From assembly GCF_964355755.1 (NCBI RefSeq), contig NC_092673.1, positions 3,224,001 to 3,288,000 on the forward strand: 64,000 nt of DNA, in the 5' to 3' direction. The translations under genes were made by a program, and so were the position numbers. The notes beneath the pieces were generated by a model, which was given only the letters and a program-made list of their open reading frames with translations, ran no database searches and was not told the DNA's origin. How positions within the stretch are numbered: position 1 is the first letter of the stretch; every line of letters starts with the position of its first letter. Of this stretch, positions 1 through 10,941 are shown piece by piece. This DNA comes from Antedon mediterranea (lineage: Eukaryota; Animalia; Echinodermata).

Positions 1-3000
1 GCGAAAATCGGCCATTTTTCGAAAATTTCCCTGTACAGGGATTTTTTCCAAAAATGGCCAATTTCGACCTTTTTATTTTTCGATAAAACTGGTTAATATA
101 GCACAATTGACAAGCGCAGAACCCATTATTCGACTCTGCGCATGTTTATTGTGCTATAGTAACCATTTATGTCAAAAAATAAAAGGGTCGAAAATCGGTT
201 ATTTTTCGAAAATTTCCCTGTACTATAGTACAAGGATTTTTTCCAAAAATGGCCAATTTCGATCTTTTTATTTTTCAATAAAACTGGTTAATATAGCACA
301 ATTGACAAGCGCAGAACCCATTATTCGACTCTGCGCATGTTTATTATGCTATAGTAACCATTTATGTCAAAAAATAAAAGGGGCGAAAATCGGCCATTTT
401 TCGAAAATTTCCCTGTACAGGAATTTTTTCCAAAAATGGCCAATTTCGACCTTTTTATTTTTCGATAAAACTGGTTACTATAGCACAATTGACATGCGCA
501 GAACCCATTATTCGACTCTGCGCATGTTTATTATGCTATAGTAACCATTTATGTCAAAAAATAAAAGGGGCGAAAATCGGCCATTTTTCAAAAATTTCCC
601 TGTACAGGGATTTTTTCCAAAAATGGCCAATTTCGACCTTTTTATTTTTCGATAAAACTGGTTAATATAGCACAATTGACAAGCGCAGAACCCATTATTT
701 GACTCTGCGCATGTTTATTGTGCTATAGTAACCATTTATGTCAAAAAATAAAAGGGTCGAAAATCGGTTATTTTTCGAAAATTTCCCTGTACTATAGTAC
801 AGGGATTTTTTCCAAAAATGGCCAATTTCGATCTTTTTATTTTTCGATAAAACTGGTTACTATAGCACAATTGACATGCGCAGAACCCATTATTCGACTC
901 TGCGCATGTTTATTATGCTATAGTAACCATTTATATCAAAAAATAAAAGGGGTGAAAATCGGCCATTTTTCGAAAATTTTCCCTGTACTATAGTACAGGG
1001 ATTTTTTCCAAAAATGGCCAATTTCGACCTTTTTATTTTTCGATAAAACTGGTTACTATAGCACAATTGACATGCGCAGAACCCATTATTCGACTCTGCG
1101 CATGTTTATTATGCTATAGTAACCATTTATGTCAAAAAATAAGAGGGTCGAAAATCGGCCATTTTTCGAAAATTTCCCTGTACTATAGTACAGGGATTTT
1201 TTCCAAATATGGCCAATTTCGACCTTTTTATTTTTCGATAAAACTGGTTACTATAGCACAATTGACATGCGCAGAACCCATTATTCGACTCTGCGCATGT
1301 TTTTTGTGCTATAGTAACCATTTATGTCAAAAAATAAAAGGGTCGAAAATCGGTTATTTTTCGAAAATTTCCCTGTACTATAGTACAGGAATTTTTTCAA
1401 AAAATTGCCAATTTTCGATCTTTTTATTTTTCGATAAAACTGGTTAATATAGCACAATTGACAAGCGCAGAACCCATTATTCGACTCTGCGCATGTTTAT
1501 TATGCTATAGTAACCATTTATGTCAAAAAATAAAAGGGGCGAAAATCGGCCATTTTTCGAAAATTTCCCTGTACTATAGTACAGGGATTTTTTCCAAAAA
1601 TGGCCAATTTCGACCTTTTTATTTTTCGATAAAACTGGTTACTATAGCACAATTGACATGCGCAGAACCCATTATTCGACTCTGCGCATGTTTATTGTGC
1701 TATAGTAACCATTTATGTCAAAAAATAAGAGGGTCGAAAATCGGCCATTTTTCGAAAATTTCCCTGTACTATAGTACAGGAATTTTTTATTTTCGATATT
1801 TTTATTTTTCGATAAAACTGGTTACTATAGCACAATTGACATGCGCAGAACCCATTATTCGACTCTGCGCATGTTTATTATGCTATAGTAACCATTTATG
1901 TCAAAAAATAAGAGGGTCGAAAATCGGCAATTTTTCGAAAATTTCCCTGTACAGGTATTTTTTCAGAAAATGGCCAATTTTCGACCTTTTTATTTTTCGA
2001 TAAACTAGTTACTATAGCACAATTGACATGCGCAGAACCCATTATTTGACTCTGCGCATGTTTATTATGCTATAGTAACCATTTTTGTCAAAAAATAAAA
2101 GGGGCGAAAATCGGCCATTTTAAAAAATTTCCCTGTACTATAGTACAGGGATTTTTTCAAAAAATGGCCAATTTCGACCTTTTTATTTTTCGATAAAACT
2201 GGTTACTATAGCACAATTGACATGCGCAGAACCCATTATTCGACTCTGCGCATGTTTATTATGCTATAGTAACCATTTATGTCAAAAAATAAAAGGGGCG
2301 AAAATCGGCCATTTTTCGAAAATTTCCCTGTACTATAGTACAGGGATTTTTTCCAAAAATGGCCAATTTCGACCTTTTTATTTTTCGATAAAACTGGTTA
2401 ATATAGCACAATTGACATGCGCAGAACCCATTATTCGACTCTGCGCATGTTTATTGTGATATAGTAACCATTTATGTCAAAAAATAAAAGGGTCGAAAAT
2501 CGGTTATTTTTCGAAAATTTCCCTGTACTATAGTACAGGAATTTTTTCCAAAAATGGCCAATTTCGACCTTTTTATTTTTCGATAAAACTGGTTACTATA
2601 GCACAATTGACATGCGCAGAACCCATTATTCGACTCTGCGCATATTTATTATGCTATAGTAACCATTTATGTCAAAAAATAAAAGGGGCGAAAATCGGCC
2701 ATTTTTCGAAAATTTCCCTGTGCTATAGTACAGGGATTTTTTTTAAAAAATGGCCAATTTTCAACCTTTTTATTTTTCGATAAACTGGTTACTATAGCAC
2801 AATTGACATGCGCAGAACCCATTATTCGACTCTGCGCATATTTATTATGCTATAGTAACCATTTATGTCAAAAAATAAAAGGGTCGAAAATCGGCCATTT
2901 TTCGAAAATTTCCTTGTACTATAGTACAGGGATTTTTTCCAAAAATGGCCAATTTCGACCTTTTTATTTTTCGATAAAACTGGTTACTATAGCACAATTG

Positions 3001-4862
3001 ACATGCGCAGAACTCATTATTCGACTCTGCGCATGTTTATTGTGCTATAGTAACCATTTATGTCAAAAAATAAAAGGGTCGAAATCGGTTATTTTTCGAA
3101 AATTTCCTTGTACTATAGTACAGGAATTTTTTCAAAAAATTGCCAATTTTCGATCTTTTTATTTTTCGATAAAACTGGTTACTATAGCACCATTGACATG
3201 CGCAGAACCCATTATTCGACTCTGCGCATGTTTATTATGCTATAGTAACCATTTATGTCAAAAAATAAAAGGGGCGAAAATCGGCAATTTTTCGAAAATT
3301 TCCCTGTGCTATAGTACAGGGATTTTTTTTTAAAAATGGCCAATTTTCGACCTTTTTATTTTTCGATAAACTGGTTACTATAGCACAATTGACATGCGCA
3401 GAACCCATTATTCGACTCTGCGCATATTTATTATGCTATAGTAACCATTTATGTCAAAAAATAAAAGGGTCGAAAATCGGCCATTTTTCGAAAATTTCCC
3501 TGTACTATAGTACAGGGATTTTTTCCAAAAATGGCCAATTTCGACCTTTTTATTTTTCGATAAAACTGGTTACTATAGTACAATTGACATGCGCAGAACC
3601 CATTATTCGACTCTGCGCATGTTTATTGTGCTATAGTAACCATTTATGTCAAAAAATAAAAGGGTCGAAAATCGGTTATTTTTCGAAAATTTCCCTGTAC
3701 TATAGTACAGGAATTTTTTCAAAAAATTGCCAATTTTAGATCTTTTTATTTTTCGATAAAACTGGTTACTATAGCACAATTGACATGCGCAGAACCCATT
3801 ATTCGACTCTGCGCATGTTTATTATGCTATAGTAACCATTTATGTCAAAAAATAAAAGGGGCGAAAATCGGCCATTTTTCGAAAATTTCCCTGTGCTATA
3901 GTACAGGGATTTTTTTTAAAAAATGGCCAATTTTCGACCTTTTTATTTTTCGATAAACTGGTTACTATAGCACAATTGACATGCGCAGAACCCATTATTC
4001 GACTCTGCGCATATTTATTATGCTATAGTAACCATTTATGTCAAAAAATAAAAGGGTCGAAAATCGGCCATTTTTCGAAAATTTCCCTGTACTATAGTAC
4101 AGGGATTTTTTCCAAAAATGGCCAATTTCGACCTTTTTATTTTTCGATAAAACTGGTTACTATAGCACAATTGACATGCGCAGAACCCATTATTCGACTC
4201 TGCGCATGTTTATTGTGCTATAGTAACCATTTATGTCAAAAAATAAAAGGGTCGAAAATCGGTTATTTTTCGAAAATTTCCCTGTACTATAGTACAGGAA
4301 TTTTTTCAAAAAATTGCCAATTTTCGATCTTTTTATTTTTCGATAAAACTGGTTACTATAGCACAATTGACATGCGCAGAACCCATTATTCGACTCTGCG
4401 CATGTTTATTATGCTATAGTAACCATTTATGTCAAAAAATAAAAGGGGCGAAAATCGGCCATTTTTCGAAAATTTCCCTGTGCTATAGTACAGGGATTTT
4501 TTTTAAAAAATGGCCAATTTTCGACCTTTTTATTTTTCGATAAACTGGTTACTATAGCACAATTAACATGCGCAGAACCCATTATTCGACTCTGCGCATA
4601 TTTATTATGCTATAGTAACCATTTATGTCAAAAAATAAAAGGGTCGAAAATCGGCCGTTTTTCGAAAATTTCCCTGTACTAGGCCTATAGTACAGGGATT
4701 TTTTTCAAAAAATGGCCAATTTTCGATCTTTTTATTTTTCGATAAAACTGGTTACTATAGCACAATTGACATGCGCAGAACCCTATTCGACTCTGCGCAT
4801 GTTTATTATGCAATAGTAACCATTTATGTCAAAAATAAAAGGGTCGGAAATCGGCCATTTTT
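1..4862. repeat. Tandem satellite, ~195-bp monomer (187-bp deletion variants), ~25 copies, begins before the window; each monomer is two inverted ~98-bp half-units
   Basis: Monomer repeats directly; dyad centres ccctgtacta|tagtacaggg and catgcgcaga...tctgcgcatg. ORFs 107-4419 arise because 195 bp = 65 codons. Confidence 0.98.
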
Positions 4863-4966
4863 CGTCGTAGCATATGCATAATCATGATTGCATTGCCTGC
4901 CTTTTATTGCATGCAATATCGCCTCTGATCCAATGCACGTACATGTCACGTGACGGGACATGTACT

Positions 4967-5032
4967 AATTATTAAGTGGCGGCCGCCAAATAATTAAGTG
5001 GCGGCCGCCAGAAAATTAAGTGGCGACCGCCA
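4967..5032. repeat. Three 21-bp tandem repeats containing the palindrome TGGCGGCCGCCA, next to the satellite end
   Basis: attaagtggcggccgccaaat / attaagtggcggccgccagaa / attaagtggcgaccgccagat. Confidence 0.9.
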
Positions 5033-6032
5033 GATAACTGCTTTTAAAATATAGTTAACTTGTGGCCCGAACGGGCTTCCGTACACTATAAAAAGACATT
5101 AACATAATATATGCACATACATAGCAATATTTATGATATAAATAGTTATAATGTGTTGTTATTTACTTATCTTACAAAAGATTACAGAAGAAAAAGCATG
5201 TTATCGCTGAAAAAATGTTTTATTCTCTTCATTTCGTTTCTGAAACTGTACATATTTTACAAGTTGATCTAAAGATGTCATGTACTAAAAAAGAACACAT
5301 TTTACACACTAACATTAAAGAAGTTATAACAAACAAATGATTACATGTTTTACATTACAACATTATAGATATAATGTTACAAATTATTTCCATCGAGGTA
5401 TTTTTTAAATTTAGGCAGTAAATAAAGGTACGGATATTCCTTATTCTTCATAACCAAATTCATTTAACAATGCAATTACACACAGTTATATATTAAAAAA
5501 TAAATACAATAAATGTTAGGTATCTAGAAGCAGCCTGGTATTCTTTAAGTGAACATTGCTTTAGTGTGAACCAGCCTGTATTCACACAAGTTTCATGTAG
5601 ATACAATTCTTACAGATACATTTGTTAGTTAACTAATTGGTTCCCAGCACCAGATATGACCTTTAAACTTTACTACAATTCTGTGTTTTGACATTATATG
5701 AAGACCACAAACATGAAAAAATGGCAAATCTGTCGTTATTTGTATTGTGAAGGAGAACTACTAATTGAATATCATACAGAAAATATCGTTAGTTACAGAA
5801 AATGTACAGAGTATCTTCTCAATGTTTCACCATTTTCAAATTCCACTTCAAAACATGCAGACCACAAATACATTATTTTACATTTTACATTAAACTCATT
5901 CTACAGAAACCATCAAATGAATTTGTTACGTAAGAATTATCATTTACAAATGATCAAAATGCTGGTATTGCTTAATTAGTATTTTATTTAAGCACACTTT
6001 ATATTTAACTGATTGAAACAGTTGTAGTATAA

Positions 6033-6410
6033 AAGCCAATTTACACAGAATAAAAATATATTATTATTATTGTTATTTCTTATGACCATATACACACAAT
6101 ACAGAGCGGACAGACTGTTTCTGCTCAGTATAGATACAAATTTTATGCGGGACAAGCTACGCGATTTGCGGGACAAGCTACACGGTTTGCGGGACAAGCT
6201 ACACGGTTTGCGGAACAAACTACACGGTTTGCGGGACAAACTACACGGTTTGCGGAACAAGCTACACGGTTTGCGGGAAAAGCTACACGGTTTGCGGGAC
6301 AAGCTACACGGTTTGCGGGACAAGCTACACGGTTTGCGGGACAAGCTACACGGTTTGCGGGACAAGCTACACGGTTTGCGGGACAATCTACACGGTATGC
6401 CGCTTACTGT
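6033..6410 (+). mobile_element. Non-autonomous TIR element (family B, PIF/Harbinger-like) carrying an expanded 21-bp minisatellite
   Basis: Starts agccaatttacacag; body (tgttatttcttatgacc...gagcggac...agatac...gggacaagcta) matches copies at 55724-55875 and 59701-59850, the latter ending gtctgtgtaaattggcct-tta. Confidence 0.7.
6147..6398. repeat. 21-bp minisatellite (gcgggacaagctacacggttt) x12
   Basis: Direct tandem repeat; explains ORFs 5988-6386 and 6070-6414. Confidence 0.97.
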
Positions 6411-7940
6411 TTAACTTAATTCTACAGTTGTAGTAGTATGGAGCAAGGAAACAGAGACTGAAAACCAGACTAGGAGGAGGAGAAGAAGGAGGAGGAGGAG
6501 AAGGAAAGTCACCTGGGGGATGCAGATCGAAAGCCAGTGATGGATAATCACAAAATTTGTAGGGTGATATACCTTCACACAGACTGGTACATCATCTATG
6601 AACTGACTAGGTGATGCAAATACTTATCTTCTCGCTACTTCAGTTTTGCCCTTTTTAAAAATGTTAACCTTATGTAATTTCAATATTGCTGCCATAAATG
6701 CGCTTTTCTCTGTGTACCCTTTTTACAAATGCATTCATTTTACACAGAAACACATGTTATATCAGTATTATGATACTCAATTGTGATACATATTTTTCTA
6801 TTATTTTATAAATTTAATAAACTACCAAACTACTTGCTTTTTACATAATTTTAGTATCATCAAGTAAGGCACCATGGCACAACATGGAAGACAACAAACA
6901 TAGCAACAAATATTAAATATATGTATTATATTATAGAAAAATATGTTAATGATGATATATCATTAAAACTCACTATAATAAAGGCTACTATACATTACCA
7001 TTCTTGTAAAGATAATAATATAATATATTATATATAAAATATAATATGTATGAAAATCATTTTTTTTTTTAAAGATTTCTATCGAAATAATTTTGTTCCA
7101 AATCACTATGATAAATATGTATAATAAAATAGTTTTTAATCAAACCTAAGAATTTCAAAAAATACTTCAGAACTGATATTCACATTGTATAATGAAATAC
7201 ATAACATAGTAGGAGTACAATGAGAATTATGTGTAATAACATAATCAATCCATTCCATGTTTGGTAGCCAAATAATATTCATTCACAGGGAATTTTTACA
7301 GTACATTGCAATTTTATTTAACTGCACAGAGAACAAAAACTTCTTTTTTAACTGCACAGAGAAAAAAAATCTTTTTTAACTGCACAGAGAAAAAAAAAAC
7401 AACAAATATCAACATACAGTAATATCAAGAAATGAAAATGACTAAATAGCTTAAGTTATTCATATGAAACGCCATATGTGCCAAAATATTTATCTTGTTA
7501 CTGTTGTTATATTAAGTCTAAACAGAGCGTAGAACCTAGCCTGAATAAAGACAACAGGTTTCTAAGTAAAAGAAAAGAATTGAATAAACAGCTGGAATAC
7601 TTTTTAAGATACAAAATAGCATGTAATTAAATATAACAATGTAATGGTATACAAAAAGATGGAATACATATTGGAATAGTTTTAACACAAAATCAACAGT
7701 GGAAGACACAAATTCAAACGAAACATAAGCATTAACTTGTTTTATATATTTAAAAAATATACATCGAAAAAAAACCCATAAAAACTTTAGATTAAGATCT
7801 ATACTAGGTTTTTTTTCTGCTTTATTTAAAACGAAAGTAATTCTTAATAAATTATCATTAAAATAATAATGTTGGTAGTGCTCAGATAAATAGGATAGTG
7901 AGTCAGCATTATACTCCATTCACATTGCCTAGCTACATTA

Positions 7941-8098
7941 AGCTCTGTCTACACTATCAAACTTTATGTGAAAAAAAATGTGATGTGCCCATATATGGAC
8001 ATGAGGATGTCAATATCACTAACATATTTGGAGATATCACTACCATATTTAGGCACATCACACTTTTTTTTGTCAAACTACTGTAGTGTAGACAGAGC
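7941..8098 (+). mobile_element. MITE family A (PIF/Harbinger-like; TIR AGCTCTGTCTACACTATCAAACT)
   Basis: Both TIRs present, preceded by TTA; internal 21-bp unit atatcactaccatatttgggc. Confidence 0.85.
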
Positions 8099-8831
8099 AT
8101 ACATTTTACACACACTGTTTTAGGCAATGTCAAAAGGCTACTACAGTGAAAATGATGGTAAGTGGCTCAATAACTTTTGTTCACTTGAACTATGTTAAGG
8201 TATTAAGTACAATGTTATGATACTAGTCCCTTTACATTCATCTCATGTCATAGTTAATTCTACCCGTCTCAATTGGGATAAAGGGCCAAATTGATGTGGT
8301 TTCTTTAACGATTTTAACTGGTAGAATCATTACCCCGATGCAGTAGGGCAAACTAGGTTTACTAAATCATTCATATACCCTTTTATGTGTTAGCATATTA
8401 GATAATTCAAATTAATAAAACCTCCCAACAAATAATATAATATATATATATAGAGTGAGTGCAGAATCTGTTTGAGCCTTAGCCTATTCCCAGTATTGGT
8501 TATTTTTCATTGGTGACTGAATAAATATTATTATTATTAATGAACCACAGTGAATGCAAGACCATTCATTGAGGCAACCTCATTGACATATTGTTAATAA
8601 TTTAAATAAATTATTCCCATAGTTTTTTGTTATACTTGAATATTTTACTTTTATTGCGGATTCAAGTTAAACCACAAGATTAGCAAACCAAAACATAATT
8701 TGGTGCGGACACTCCTCTACAGACAACAGTCAGTATACATCATTTATTGATAAATAGTAGAAAAAACAGTAGAAAAGGCGAATGATGATGAGGAGGAGAT
8801 ATTGTCGATGTTAAATCTTGTTAAATCCATG

Positions 8832-8900
8832 CTACCGTGGGAGGGTTGAACTTCTTGTGTTGTATTTTAAGCTTCCCGTCCTTCTGAAGGTTCCTCGACT
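8832..8900 (-). CDS. Probable alternative terminal coding exon of the REEP gene (SRGTFRRTGSLKYNTRSSTLPR*)
   Basis: Acceptor ttattcacag at 8910-8901; basic peptide whose RxGSLKY resembles the vertebrate REEP3 C-terminus as recalled; phase-0 donor GAG|gtaggg available at 11032. Confidence 0.45.
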   Translation of the reverse strand, partial: SRGTFRRTGSLKYNTRSSTLPR

Positions 8901-10941
8901 CTGTGAATAAAGTTAGAGATGTGCGTGAGGAGAAGGATACGTTAGTGGGTCAACATAAGGTGCAATATTCAAAAGCAACATCAACCAAATATTTATAAAT
9001 TTAAATATAAGATAAAATAAGTTTAAAATGATTCTATACTACTAAGAAGAAAATAAAATATAAAATTACAATGAACATAATAAATAAAATAATTTCTTCT
9101 AATCCTAAATGATTAAACTATTTAGATAAGAATGTATTTATTTTCCTGGTTTTTATCATAGTTACCGCTTGTTTACAACTATAGTTAAATATTTGTGCTC
9201 TATAGTGCATTTCATAATAAAACATTTACTATTTATTTTTTCTGCTTCTTACTTTTCTGTAGACTGTTCAGCGCTTAGAGGCGCCCTGCATTTTGCGCTA
9301 TATAAATTGAACATTATTACTATATTATTATACAAAACATTATATTTTAATAAATGAATTAGGTTAAACTTTCTACTATGAGGTAAGCATTTTCAAATTA
9401 TCAAACAAAATGATGCTTAAACAAGAATTTGAGAAAAGAAAAACTTTTGAAATAAGGGTGCGTTCTAAAGCGCATGTTAAGCGGATGACAGAATAGCAGG
9501 AGCATATTACAAAAGCAGAGTTGATGTTGCTTATGATGAAGATAATGTTTTCAATTTGAGAAAGAAATATTATGCAAAAAAAAAATAAAAATTTGAGAAT
9601 ACAGTATAAATTAAAATAAGCAAGCGTTTTAGTAATGAAAAAAAAAATGTTAAAAACCATCGTTGTACTGTATTGCATAGTGCATGCCAATAGCAGAAAC
9701 AAAACAATCAATCACCTAAGACTCTTATAAGCTATTGTTTCTACATATGATTACACTTTTTCCCTTGTTATCCGTCGTCAATTCTATATTTTTATTCTTA
9801 TTATTTCCTATACTACTCTAAACCTGAAACAATAACAGTTGAATGGTTAAAACTAGGCACCGTGCGAAAAAACTATTTAATAGCCACTTGAATGAAGTAC
9901 TGTAAAATATTAAAATCAAATTTATAAATTTAAAATGTCAAGGTTTGATAAAAAAAATATAAATTATAAAATAGCACCACATATTAGTGAGAGAACATTT
10001 TAGTCTCTCAATGATTTAAAAAAAAAATTCTTAAACAGCTACCATAGAAATGAGTAATTTCACTCGTCCCTGCATACAGTAGAACTCCTAACTATTAAAA
10101 TTACTTGCCTAGCTTTAACTAAATTCTAACAAACCTAACGAATCATTGATTGGCTCTTCATCAATTTGGACTCTATTCATTGGTCTTAAGTTTAAACTAA
10201 AAAGGCATGGATTGGTTCATACGATAATTGAACAGTTGGTCTTCAATCACTTTTTACTCAATTGGCTCTATCAGTAAAAATAGACCATGCCATCACAAAT
10301 GATAATTTACCAGGATTAATAATAATATATAGATTATTATTATATCAATATTGCAAAGAAGATGAAATGTCAATAAAGGTATTTAAAGTATGTAAATTCA
10401 ACACATAATAATATTGCTAATAAAAATATGCAAGACAAGAAATTGGTTTAAAAAAATAAGTAGGTGATAAAATTTAAAACAGAATGTTTTCACCAAATTG
10501 TAAAATAAATACTCAACCTCTTTTACAAGGAGCCTATAACAACTGTTTAGCATTTCAAAAGATAATATCAAAATATATTCTTTACATAATATTTTTCTGG
10601 TTTTTAAGTATGACCTGGTTTAAATACTGAGGTAATATATTTGTAAGAAATGGTTTTATAAATGAGTTTATTGTTAGGATTAATAAAATATTAATAAAAT
10701 TTACCTATTACATAGCCTCTAATTAAATTATAAGCCTCTTGTGTCATAAAATTCAATAAAATATCAAAATATTACACTATAAAAACTGTTAAAAAATTTC
10801 TATTTCTAATATATATTAAGAGAAAAGGGATAGTAGAAAATAATTATTTAAAAGTATTGAATGTGTTAACATTTAGGAAACACTTTTTCTATAGTAAAAT
10901 TGTTAAAATACAGATAGACTTTTCCCCACTAACTTCCACAT

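Noticed and set aside
107-4419. Repetitive Cys-rich ORFs (CAEPIIRLCACLLCYSNHLCQK)
   Set aside because: Translation of a 195-bp satellite; frequent frameshifts between monomers, no splice structure.
5988-6414. Heptad ORFs (RDKLHGL)n / (SRKPCSL)n resembling a coiled coil
   Set aside because: 21-bp minisatellite inside a MITE; open on both strands only because the unit lacks stops.
6533-6610. Possible C/D box snoRNA (GTGATGG...CTGA)
   Set aside because: Imperfect C box, weak terminal stem, no recognisable guide sequence.
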